Below, piece by piece: positions 47,700-56,595 of a stretch of 64,000 nucleotides of DNA (within the stretch, counting starts at the first letter, position 1; each line of letters starts with the position of its first letter). The position numbers and the translations under genes were made by a program. Below the pieces are notes generated by a model that was not told the DNA's origin, made no database searches, and saw only the letters and a program-made list of their open reading frames with translations. This DNA comes from Planctomycetota bacterium (GTDB lineage Bacteria > Planctomycetota > MHYJ01 > WSZJ01), in contig JBBTCT010000034.1 in the NCBI GenBank assembly GCA_038060895.1, positions 56,951-120,950 of the forward strand, in the 5' to 3' direction.

Positions 47700-49349
47700 T
47701 CATTCTTCCGGCTCGACTTGCATCCGGATCGGTTCTCCGAATTCGCCCGGCTCGATCGGCCTGGACACCGTCATTTGCTTGCCGTCGACCTTTGCCCAGG
47801 CGCGCAGCTTCAACCGTTCTACCCAGGCGGGATCGAGCAGGAATGAGAAGCGCCCCTGTGCGTCGCAGTCGATGAAATGGCCGGGCGGCTCGATCGACGT
47901 TTCGGACAGGTTGGTCACTGCCACGTGCGCGTCTTCGCAAGGTGCCCCATCGGGCCGCACGACCGTCCCGCTCAGCCGGATCCCCTTCCGGAATTTCAAT
48001 TCCACCGTCTGTCCGGCCGGCACGATGCCGAACTCCCTCGTCCTCATCCAGCCTTTGGCGGTGCCGCCGTCTGGAGGGATGATGTTCACGGTGTGACTCG
48101 CACTCGTCAGCTCGCTGAAGGCCGCGCGTCCGCGCGCGTCGCTCGCGACCCGGGTCAGCGGCTTCCGATCCCATAACTCGACATCGGCCCCTGCCACTGG
48201 CTCCCCTTCGGGCGAAAGCACCTGTATGGTCAATGACCGCCCGTCCTCGATCCACTCCAACCGCAGTTGAAGCCCCTGGTCTCCGGCCCGCACGCCTTTC
48301 AGCTCACCGCGAACCCGCCGCTTCGTACCGTCAGGCATGGCGACAAACTGCGGGTCGTGCCTGTGGCTCGTCACGAAAATCGTCACCGGAGCATCCAGGG
48401 GAACTTCGCAGCGGAAGCGTCCTTCCGCGTCGGAACTTGTGCTGGACACGAATCCGTTGTCGTTGTTGCAGGAGAGCGACAGACGCGGCACGGGGTCGCC
48501 GTCCGGGGAGAGGACCACGCCGGATGCGGCGCCGGCGTCGACGAGGATCACCCGGAGCGACTCCTGGCCGCGCGGCACGATGATGCCGTATTGGGGAAGG
48601 AAAAGCCGCGCGCCTTCCGAGTCCGGAGAGACGCCGACAACGACCATGTCCAGGTCGTTGAGTTCGAACCTCGCGAGGCCGTCCGTCTCCGTCTGAACGG
48701 GCGGCAGGTCGCGCGCGAGCGTCACGTAGACCCAGGCGCCGGCCACGGCGGCGCCTCGCACATCTACGACCGCGACCTCAAGCACCACCAGCTCCGGGAG
48801 GTGGAGCACGATGCCTTCCACGTCCGCATCCGGTTCCAGGTTCACTTCCTCAGCCGGATACTGACGGTCCATGTCAGAAGTCACTGCCTCCACTCGATAG
48901 GTGCCGGGTGCCAGCCCCTCGAAGGAGAACGCGCCACCCTTCCCTGTTCGTTCGGACCTCCGCGGGCCCGACCACTCGCCGTCCACGGAACTGGACAGCA
49001 TCACCGGCCACTCTTGAGCCGCCGTGCCGTCCTGCCGCACGACTTGTCCGGAAATCCGTCGCCCGACCGTCGACTCTTCCGCACCTTCCCCGCGCTTCGC
49101 CGTCGCCGCTTCGGACGAAGTCCGTGCTGCTCCCGCGCCCCGCGCAGCAGCCCCGCGAGCCGCCGCTTCGGGTGCGGCCGCCTCCCGCCCGTCGTGCTCC
49201 CGGGCCGCAGCAACCCGCTCTTCCTCCTCTCGCGCTTTGGCCGCCTCCACACGCCTGTTCTCCAGCCCGCGATTCAGGAGCAGGCCGAGCAGGAGGGCCA
49301 GAAGCGCGGCAACGAAAGCTGCGAATCGTCGTTGCGAGCGGTTTGCCAC
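47700..49349 (-). CDS. Membrane-anchored protein with carboxypeptidase-regulatory-like repeats
   Basis: N-terminal TM; repeats such as GAFSFEGLAPGTYRV, SPEGEPVAGADV, SGTVVRPDGAP. Confidence 0.8.
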   Translation of the reverse strand: MANRSQRRFAAFVAALLALLLGLLLNRGLENRRVEAAKAREEEERVAAAREHDGREAAAPEAAARGAAARGAGAARTSSEAATAKRGEGAEESTVGRRISGQVVRQDGTAAQEWPVMLSSSVDGEWSGPRRSERTGKGGAFSFEGLAPGTYRVEAVTSDMDRQYPAEEVNLEPDADVEGIVLHLPELVVLEVAVVDVRGAAVAGAWVYVTLARDLPPVQTETDGLARFELNDLDMVVVGVSPDSEGARLFLPQYGIIVPRGQESLRVILVDAGAASGVVLSPDGDPVPRLSLSCNNDNGFVSSTSSDAEGRFRCEVPLDAPVTIFVTSHRHDPQFVAMPDGTKRRVRGELKGVRAGDQGLQLRLEWIEDGRSLTIQVLSPEGEPVAGADVELWDRKPLTRVASDARGRAAFSELTSASHTVNIIPPDGGTAKGWMRTREFGIVPAGQTVELKFRKGIRLSGTVVRPDGAPCEDAHVAVTNLSETSIEPPGHFIDCDAQGRFSFLLDPAWVERLKLRAWAKVDGKQMTVSRPIEPGEFGEPIRMQVEPEE

Positions 49350-49426
49350 GGCTGGAGTCTACCGTCCGGCTGGCATCGGTTTCTTGCGGTTTCTTGACGG
49401 GGCCACCGGGATAGAATGTCCCGCTC

Positions 49427-50812
49427 ATGCCCCTGTCGCCCCCCAGCCGTGTGCCGATCGTCGCCAGGCCAGCCCTGGCCGCCGACCAGCGCAACATCCT
49501 GGTCGTTCAGGAAGACCGCGACATACGCGCGGCATGGGCCTCGGCGCTGAAGTCAGCCGGATACGTGCCTCGCATCCTGGACTCGGTCGAGGGACTGTGG
49601 GAAGCGCTTCGAGAGAAGCTGGTCTGGCGCGGGCTGGTCGTGGACCTCGGGTTCCTGGACTGGAGGGATACCGAATTTCTCGACCGGCTGCGCCTGTCGG
49701 GACGCGTCATCCCGACGCTGCTCACGGCGTGGGACCCGGAACTCGCAACGTCGAAATCCTCGCTCGCCTATCCGCAGCTCGCCTTCCGCCAGGCGCCACT
49801 CAACCCGCGCGACCTGATCGCGGCCGTCAGGACGCTTCCGGCTCCCCTTTCCAAAGTTCCCGCCGTGCGGCCGGGAACGGTGAGAATGCCCAGCCGGTCG
49901 GAAGCAGTCGTGCCCAGGGTGCAGGTGCGCCCCTCCGCGCCGAAGCTTCCCGAGACGCCGGAGGAGAGAGCGAAGGCGGCCGAAGCGAGGGCCATCGCCG
50001 CCGAGGAGCGCGCGAGGGCGGCGGAAGCGCGGGCGGAGTTGGCGGAGGCGTTGCGCGACGGAAGCCTCGAACTCGAGCTGGAGCGAGCGCGCGAAATTCA
50101 GGCCCGGCTCCTGCCCGAGACCATTCCGAACCCGGACCGCTACGAGATCTCGGCGCAGTACATTCCCGCGGCCCACGTCGGGGGCGATTACTACGACGTC
50201 ATCGAAATGCCGGACGGTCGCATGGCCATGCTCGTGGCCGATGTGTCGGGCAAGGGAATCAGCTCGGCCATGGTCATGGTGATGGCGCGCACCGTGTTCC
50301 ACGCCGTGGCCCCTTCCGCGCCGAACGCCAGGGCGCTCGTGATCGAAGCGGCCAGCAGGATTGCGCGCGTCCTTCCCCCGGGGATCTTCGTGTCCCTGGC
50401 CGCGGCGATTCTCGACCCGAAGTCAGGGAAGATCTCCGTCGTGAACGCAGGGCACCTCCCGCCGATGCACTGGTCCGTGATGGACGGCGTGCCGGTCGTG
50501 TCCGACCTAGAAGTTTCAGGAGGCGCGATCGGGCTCGTGAAGGGCGCGAGTTTCGAGAGGTCGCTGCACGACTTCACGATCACGCTTCAGCAGGACGAGC
50601 AACTCATCCTGTACACGGACGGCGTGAACGAGGCGATGAACGCGAAGAGCGAGGAGTTCGGGGACAAGAAGCTGCGCATGGCGGTGGGGAAAAGCGGGGG
50701 TTCGACCGCGGGGGAGATGGCGACCGGGATCCTGGACAGCGTGCTTTGTCACCGCGGGGACGCCCCTGCAAGCGACGACCTCACGATCCTGGTCGTGAGG
50801 CGAATCTGCTGA
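49427..50812 (+). CDS. SpoIIE/PP2C phosphatase with degenerate receiver domain
   Basis: AREIQARLLP, VGGDYYD, VADVSGKG, NAGHLPP, YTDGVNEA, DDLTILV. Confidence 0.9.
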   Translation: MPLSPPSRVPIVARPALAADQRNILVVQEDRDIRAAWASALKSAGYVPRILDSVEGLWEALREKLVWRGLVVDLGFLDWRDTEFLDRLRLSGRVIPTLLTAWDPELATSKSSLAYPQLAFRQAPLNPRDLIAAVRTLPAPLSKVPAVRPGTVRMPSRSEAVVPRVQVRPSAPKLPETPEERAKAAEARAIAAEERARAAEARAELAEALRDGSLELELERAREIQARLLPETIPNPDRYEISAQYIPAAHVGGDYYDVIEMPDGRMAMLVADVSGKGISSAMVMVMARTVFHAVAPSAPNARALVIEAASRIARVLPPGIFVSLAAAILDPKSGKISVVNAGHLPPMHWSVMDGVPVVSDLEVSGGAIGLVKGASFERSLHDFTITLQQDEQLILYTDGVNEAMNAKSEEFGDKKLRMAVGKSGGSTAGEMATGILDSVLCHRGDAPASDDLTILVVRRIC

Positions 50813-50834
50813 GCCGCGCCGGGGTCGCTCGCCG

Positions 50835-51668
50835 CTATTTGCCCATGCTGCCCGGTGTCACCTCGATCTTGGTCTCCGTGCCTTTGCGCAGGACCGTGAA
50901 CGTGACGGCCTTTCCGGGCCGGACGGGGAGAAGGGCCTTCGCGTAGTCGGTGAGCGACTTCACGTCCACGTCGCCGACTTTCTTGATGAGGTCCCCCGTC
51001 TGCAGACCCGAGGCCTGCCCGCCCCCGTCGGGACGAAGCTGGGCGATGAATACGCCGTCGGTCGCCGGCTTCGGGCCCGGGATGACTCCGATGAACGGGA
51101 TGTCCTCGGGTTTGATCGTCACGAGTTCCGGGAGTTTCTCGGGCTTGGAAAGGACTTTCGCGGTGAGGATCTTGACTTCCTTGAGCGGCGGGACGCCGTC
51201 GCGTGCCGTGGCCGCTTCGGCTTCGATCTTTGTGAGAACTTCGAGGCCCTCCGTGACCTGGCCGAAAACCGTGTACGCGTTGTCGAGCATCGGCACGTCC
51301 GCGAAGCAGAGGAAGAACTGGCTTCCCGCGGAGTTCGGCTCGAAGGTGCGTGCCATCGAGAGCGTGCCTTTCACGTGCTTGCGCGCGTTGAATTCCGCGG
51401 GAATCTTGTACCCGAGCTCCTCGCCGCCGGTCTGCTGCGGATCGCCGCCCTGCGCCATGAACTTCTTGATGATCCTGTGGAACTTGATCCCGTCGTAGAA
51501 CTTCTTGTCGCAGAGCGAGAGAAAGTTCGCGACGGTGTTTGGCGCGTCGGTGAGGTAGAGCTCGATCTTGAGCGTCCCGAAGTTCGTCTCCATCGAAACG
51601 ACCGGCGGCTTGTCCTCGGCGAAAAGCGGGGTCGCGAGCAGCACGAAGACGGCGAGGCGGCGGATCAT
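50835..51668 (-). CDS. Cyclophilin-type PPIase with C-terminal PDZ domain
   Basis: FHRIIKKFMAQGGDP, LSMART, GSQFF, YTVFGQV; GLQTGDLIKKV PDZ motif; signal peptide. Confidence 0.9.
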   Translation of the reverse strand: MIRRLAVFVLLATPLFAEDKPPVVSMETNFGTLKIELYLTDAPNTVANFLSLCDKKFYDGIKFHRIIKKFMAQGGDPQQTGGEELGYKIPAEFNARKHVKGTLSMARTFEPNSAGSQFFLCFADVPMLDNAYTVFGQVTEGLEVLTKIEAEAATARDGVPPLKEVKILTAKVLSKPEKLPELVTIKPEDIPFIGVIPGPKPATDGVFIAQLRPDGGGQASGLQTGDLIKKVGDVDVKSLTDYAKALLPVRPGKAVTFTVLRKGTETKIEVTPGSMGK

Positions 51669-51814
51669 GAGGGCTCCTGGTGTGCGGGGCACGGGGATCG
51701 ACTCGGGACGCCTGAACTTGAGAAGGGACTCTACCGGGCGGCCGAATTCTGTGCGAAGGGCTTTGTAAGCCGTCGCCTCCTTGCACCTCGCTTCCCACGG
51801 AGCTACCTTCAGGC

Positions 51815-53896
51815 ATGGAACTGCGGGACTTTGCCCTGCGCGTGCTGATGGCGGAATCGCTGGCCGGGAAGCTGGCGCCGCCGGTGGAGCCGATCACGGA
51901 CGATTCCCCCGGGCCGGCCATCGTGACGCCGGACACGCCTGGCCGCCCCGTCTCCCTGCGCATGGCCCGCCGCGGCGATCGCGCCCGCCTTCCCCCTGAA
52001 AACGAACTTCATCGCGATGAGCCGCGCGCCGTCCTGCTCCACTTCTTCGCCAATCACGAACTCCTCGCCACGGAACTCATGGCGCTGGCGATTCTCCGCT
52101 TCCCCGAAGCGCCGCCGGCTTTCCGGCGCACCCTGCTGCAGACACTTCGCGAAGAGCAGGAACACACCCGCCTCTATATGGAACTCATGGCGCGCGGAGG
52201 GCTCACCTTTGGCGACCTCCCCGTGAACGGATATTTCTGGCGGCAAGTCTCCTCGATGGAGTCGCCGCTCGACTACGTCAGCCGCCTCAGCCTCACCTTC
52301 GAGCAGGCCAACCTCGACTACTCGCGACACTTCGCCGGCGTCTTCGCACGACTCGGCGACGGCGATACATCGGCGCTGATGAAGCGCATCTACGAAGATG
52401 AGATCGGCCACGTCGGGTGCGGCGTGGCGTGGCTGCGGAAATGGAAGCAGCCGGGAGAGAGCGACTTCGCGGCATGGAAGAAGGTCCTGCGCCTCCCTCT
52501 CAGTCCGGCGCTGGCGCGCGGCACGGTGCCGTTCAACGCCGAAGGCCGGCGCCGCGCAGGGCTGGACGACAGCTTCATCGCCTCCGTGGAGGCCTTCGCG
52601 CGGACCCGTCGGATCGCGCCGGGAGTGTTTTTTTTCAATCCGGGCGCGGAGCACGCCGCGTTGACGCGCGACGCGGACGGCGCGCGCGATGATCGCACGA
52701 CGGCCGGCCTCGCGCGCGACCTCGACCTGCTGCCGCTGCTTTTCTGCCGCGCGGAGGACGTCGTGCTCGTGCAGCGGCGGCCGTCGAAAGAGCACCTGCG
52801 TTCGCTCGCGGAGGCGGGGCTGCCGGCCGCGGATCTGGAGGTTCTGGACGCATCGGGCCGGCTGGGCGCCGGCAGTCTGCTGCGCACCCGCAAGCTCGGC
52901 GCGCTGCGACCGTGGGGCTGGAGCCCCGACTCGGCAGAAGTGCTGGCGCCGCTTGCAGCCGGCGCGCGCGCTTCCCTGCCATGGAATGACGCGATTCGTT
53001 CGCTGTACTCCAAAGTTACTGGCGCCGGCGTGCTCGCGAGCCTGGGCACCATGCCCGACGCCGCCGCCCTCGCCGGGACGCCGTGCCGGACGGCTGCAGA
53101 GACTGCCGCCGCAATCGCCGCGTGGCTTCGCCAGGGCCACGCGGCCGTGCTGCTCAAGGCGCCCTGGAGCCTCGCGGGACGGGGCCACCTGAAAGTGCTG
53201 CCGGGAGCGCTTCACGCGGCGCAGACTTCGTGGATCGAGTCAGTCCTGTCCGAGCAGAAATGCCTCGTCGCGGAACCGTGGCTCGATCGCGTCGCCGACT
53301 TCTCAGCACACTACGACGTCGCGCCCGGCCGGCCGCCGAAACTCCGCGGCCTCGTGCGCCTCGTGAACGACGGTAGCGGGCGATTCGTGGCCTGCGTCGC
53401 GTCGCGGCACTTCCACCGCCTCCTGCCGCCTGAGGCTTCGCGCGCCATGCACGAAGCCCGCGCGCACCACTTCTACAAGGAGATCCTTCCGCACCCTCTC
53501 GCCTCCGCCATCGGCGACAGCGGATTCCGCGGCTGGCTCGGCGTCGATGCCTTCCTTCATCGAGACGCGTCCGGAAGCGTCCGCCTGCGCCCGGTCGTGG
53601 AAATCAATCCCCGCGGCACGATGGGCCGTGCGGCGCTGGAGGCGCGCCGTTTCGTTGCACCGGAGTCGCCCGTCACCTGGCGCATCTTCTACCAGCGTCA
53701 CGCTCGCGAAGCCGGCTTGCGCACCCTCGCTGAATTCGCCGCACAGCTGCGCGCCGCGAACCCGGTGGTCCTCAAGGAGCGCCGGCTGCTCACCGGGGCC
53801 GTCTGTCTCAACGATCCCGGGAAGGCCGAGAAGTTTCTTGGCGTTCTCTTCGCCGGCGCCGACCGGAGTCCCCGGAAGTATCATGAGGCTCCATGA
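51815..53896 (+). CDS. DUF455 ferritin-like domain fused to an ATP-grasp-like domain
   Basis: FANHELLATE, EEQEH, FEQANLD, DEIGHV; C-terminal LKAPWSLAGRG, EPWLDR, GWLGVD, VVEINPRGTMG. Confidence 0.8.
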   Translation: MELRDFALRVLMAESLAGKLAPPVEPITDDSPGPAIVTPDTPGRPVSLRMARRGDRARLPPENELHRDEPRAVLLHFFANHELLATELMALAILRFPEAPPAFRRTLLQTLREEQEHTRLYMELMARGGLTFGDLPVNGYFWRQVSSMESPLDYVSRLSLTFEQANLDYSRHFAGVFARLGDGDTSALMKRIYEDEIGHVGCGVAWLRKWKQPGESDFAAWKKVLRLPLSPALARGTVPFNAEGRRRAGLDDSFIASVEAFARTRRIAPGVFFFNPGAEHAALTRDADGARDDRTTAGLARDLDLLPLLFCRAEDVVLVQRRPSKEHLRSLAEAGLPAADLEVLDASGRLGAGSLLRTRKLGALRPWGWSPDSAEVLAPLAAGARASLPWNDAIRSLYSKVTGAGVLASLGTMPDAAALAGTPCRTAAETAAAIAAWLRQGHAAVLLKAPWSLAGRGHLKVLPGALHAAQTSWIESVLSEQKCLVAEPWLDRVADFSAHYDVAPGRPPKLRGLVRLVNDGSGRFVACVASRHFHRLLPPEASRAMHEARAHHFYKEILPHPLASAIGDSGFRGWLGVDAFLHRDASGSVRLRPVVEINPRGTMGRAALEARRFVAPESPVTWRIFYQRHAREAGLRTLAEFAAQLRAANPVVLKERRLLTGAVCLNDPGKAEKFLGVLFAGADRSPRKYHEAP

Positions 53897-55158
53897 AACA
53901 CCTCTCCCTGTTTTTCCTGCTCACCCTCGCGACCGCCGCCGCCGCCGACAAGATCGTCCTCAAGGACGGCCGCGCGTACGAGGGCGTCGTGCTCGAGGAA
54001 ACCGATCAGTCGGTCAAGATCAAGACGTCCAAGGCCACCCTCACCATCCCCCGCGACCAGATCGCTTCTTTTGAACGCGCCGCCGTCGGCCCGCTCCAGG
54101 AACGCGAGACCCGACTCGGAACCCTCGACCCCGCAAAGCCGGCTGAATATGTCGCCGTCGCCAACTGGCTTACCGGGCCGGGCCGCGAAGCTCTCGACCT
54201 TTCAACCCTTCGCAGGCTCTGCACCATCGCTTCCAAATTCGACCGCGCCCTCGCATGGGAAGCACAGATGCTCCTGGCGAAGGAAACGGAGGCCGCGGGA
54301 CTCCTCCGGGAGTCCGGAGCCTGCCTGGCGCGCGCCGAACTCGCAAAACCCGGCGACGCGGGAACGCGGGCGAAACTGGAGAAGCTCCGCGAAGCTCTCA
54401 TGCGCGACGCTCGCGCCGAAATGGAGCAACTGCAGAAGAATCTCCTGCTGGTCATCGGCGAGAAGTACGAAGAGTCTCTTCCCAAGCTGCGTAAATGCCT
54501 CACCGGGGCCATGAGCGAGCGCTCGTGGGACCACCTGGGAATGTCGATGGAGCAGCTGTTGAAAGATGTCGCGCGGCGGGTGATGTGCACGACCTGCAAC
54601 GGACATGCGGAAGTGACCTGCCCCGGATGCCAGGGAGCCAGGGAATCGGATTGCGAGGCCTGCGAAGGCACGGGGCAGAAAAAGGACTACGTGAGCGGGC
54701 GGGAAGTGAACCTCGCGGAATCGACGTGCCGGACATGCTTCGGGCTGGGAAAGTTCCTCTGCCACAAGTGCAAGGCGGAGCGCAAAGTCCTGGTCTACCT
54801 CGCGACGGCCCCAACCCTGTTTACGATCGTCGTCACCGGAGGATCCGAGAAGGACGCGCTGCAGAAGGACATCGACCTGAAGCGATTCACGCACCGGGCG
54901 ATCAAGATCACCATGATCAAGGCGGAGCCGCCGATGTCGGGCGGCACGCTGCCCTGCAAAACGTGTGATGGCGTCAAGTTCGATGCTTCCCCCGCACCGC
55001 TGCCGATGGACAAACTTCGCGCTTTCCGCGACGAGGTCTCGGCCTGCCTCGACGGCTCCAAAACGTACAACCCGCTTCCTTCCGTCGAAAAGGTCTGGGA
55101 TCCCGCCATTATCGCGGACGAAATGCTGAGGTACCGGAGCGGGAAGTGGTCCCGGTGA
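53893..55158 (+). CDS. Signal-peptide protein with DnaJ-type CxxCxGxG repeats
   Basis: Six CxxC units (CTTCNG, CPGCQG, CEACEG, CRTCFG, CHKC, CKTCDG); ATGA-coupled to the upstream gene. Confidence 0.75.
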   Translation: MKHLSLFFLLTLATAAAADKIVLKDGRAYEGVVLEETDQSVKIKTSKATLTIPRDQIASFERAAVGPLQERETRLGTLDPAKPAEYVAVANWLTGPGREALDLSTLRRLCTIASKFDRALAWEAQMLLAKETEAAGLLRESGACLARAELAKPGDAGTRAKLEKLREALMRDARAEMEQLQKNLLLVIGEKYEESLPKLRKCLTGAMSERSWDHLGMSMEQLLKDVARRVMCTTCNGHAEVTCPGCQGARESDCEACEGTGQKKDYVSGREVNLAESTCRTCFGLGKFLCHKCKAERKVLVYLATAPTLFTIVVTGGSEKDALQKDIDLKRFTHRAIKITMIKAEPPMSGGTLPCKTCDGVKFDASPAPLPMDKLRAFRDEVSACLDGSKTYNPLPSVEKVWDPAIIADEMLRYRSGKWSR

Positions 55159-55260
55159 AATGGGACTTCCCCGCTTCCTCGTGACCCGGAAAAGGCTATT
55201 ACCAGACGCGGCGGGACTGAGTCTGCCTCCTACCCCCTACCGACTCCCCAGTGGCACGCC

Positions 55261-55947
55261 ATGCTGAAAGCCGTCCTGTTCGACGCCGCCGAGACCCTCA
55301 TCCGCCCGTGGCCCTCCTACGGCGCGGTTTATGCGCGCGTCACGGCGGCGTTCGGGATGCGAATTCCAGCTGAGTTCTTCGCCGAAGAAATGAAGCGCGC
55401 CTTCCGCGCGGTGGACTGGCCGCTTCGCACGGACTCGGACACCGAGAGGCGGCTCTGGCTGGAGGTGACGAGGAAAGTCTACGAGGCTCTCCCTGCCGAC
55501 CTCCCCTTCCACAAGTGGTCCGGCGCGGTGTACCAGGCTTTCGGCTCTCAGGACTCCTGGGTTGTGGAACCGGGGGCGGCGGAAACGCTCCGGGCGCTCC
55601 AGGGCCTGGGCCTCCGCACCGCCGTCGTGTCGAACTGGGACGAGCGCCTCGTTTCCGTCCTCGACGGCCTCGGCCTCGCACCGCACATCGACCGTGTTTT
55701 CGTCGCGGCCCAGGTCGGCTGGCGCAAGCCGGCGCGCGAGATCTTCCACCGGGCCTGCCTCGAACTCGGCGCCGCGCCCTCCGAAACCCTGCACATCGGG
55801 GACTCCGCTTCGGAAGACGTGGCCGCCGCCCGAGCCGCCGGGCTCCAGGCGCTTCTCTTCCGCCCGTCCGACCCAACGGCCCTTCGCCGCCTCAGTCACG
55901 TGTTGCATTCGGCGGCGCTCGTGGGGCACACTGCACCTTCACCGTGA
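55261..55947 (+). CDS. HAD-superfamily hydrolase
   Basis: AVLFDAAETL, VVSNWD, RKPAREIF, HIGDSASEDV. Confidence 0.9.
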   Translation: MLKAVLFDAAETLIRPWPSYGAVYARVTAAFGMRIPAEFFAEEMKRAFRAVDWPLRTDSDTERRLWLEVTRKVYEALPADLPFHKWSGAVYQAFGSQDSWVVEPGAAETLRALQGLGLRTAVVSNWDERLVSVLDGLGLAPHIDRVFVAAQVGWRKPAREIFHRACLELGAAPSETLHIGDSASEDVAAARAAGLQALLFRPSDPTALRRLSHVLHSAALVGHTAPSP

Positions 55948-55996
55948 CCGGGAATAGACGGCGCTTCAGGAGCGTTCGAGGGGCAAGGAGATCACC

Positions 55997-56074
55997 ATGA
56001 AACTCAAGTGCGTGCTGTGCGCGGTCGGAGCCGGGCTGCTGGCAGGACTGGCGCTCATGGCAAACGGCCTGTAA
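55997..56074 (+). CDS. 25-aa peptide with CxxC and hydrophobic tail
   Basis: AAGGAG RBS; MKLKCVLCAVGAGLLAGLALMANGL-TAA; below the ORF track cutoff. Confidence 0.45.
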   Translation: MKLKCVLCAVGAGLLAGLALMANGL

Positions 56075-56127
56075 CCACAAACCATCGCCCGCCCGACGGC
56101 GGGCCACATTCCTCAGGAGACTCGAAG

Positions 56128-56520
56128 ATGAAGTATTTCGTGGGCGTGGCTCTTCTCGCCGGGATCGCCGGGTTCGGCCTCATCGCGCAGGCGGAGGACA
56201 AGAAGGAAGCCGTGACCATCCAGGGCGAAGTCGTGGACCTCGCCTGCTGGCTCGAGGAAGGCAAGGCAGGACCGGATCACGCGAAGTGCGCCCAGGCGTG
56301 CGTGAAGGGCGGAACGCCGGCCGGGATTGCGACGGACGACGGCAAGGTCTATCTCGTCGTCGTGCATGGCAAGGACGGGAAGTCTCCGCTCGACCACGTC
56401 GGCTCGCGCGTCGAGGTGACGGGCGTCGTCCACGAGCGGGGCGGCATGATGGGGATCGTGGCAACGAAGACCAAGAAGATGGAAGAGCCGAAGAAGCCCG
56501 AGGGGTCCGGCGGAAAGTAA
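56128..56520 (+). CDS. Secreted OB-fold-like protein with conserved Cys/His
   Basis: AGGAG RBS, signal peptide, GEVVDLACW...HAKCAQACVKGG...VEVTG. Confidence 0.75.
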   Translation: MKYFVGVALLAGIAGFGLIAQAEDKKEAVTIQGEVVDLACWLEEGKAGPDHAKCAQACVKGGTPAGIATDDGKVYLVVVHGKDGKSPLDHVGSRVEVTGVVHERGGMMGIVATKTKKMEEPKKPEGSGGK

Positions 56521-56537
56521 ACTCGCTTGAGCGTCAG

Positions 56538-56574
56538 CGGCCCGCGAAGAAACCCTTCGCGGGCCGTTTTTGTT
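56538..56574 (+). terminator. Rho-independent terminator
   Basis: CGGCCCGCGAAG-AAACC-CTTCGCGGGCCG followed by TTTTTGTT. Confidence 0.85.
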
Positions 56575-56595
56575 CCTGAGCCTATAATCCCGCCC

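Noticed and set aside
53893-55158. Multiheme cytochrome c
   Set aside because: The CxxC units are followed by xG or K, not His; the pattern is DnaJ-type zinc finger.
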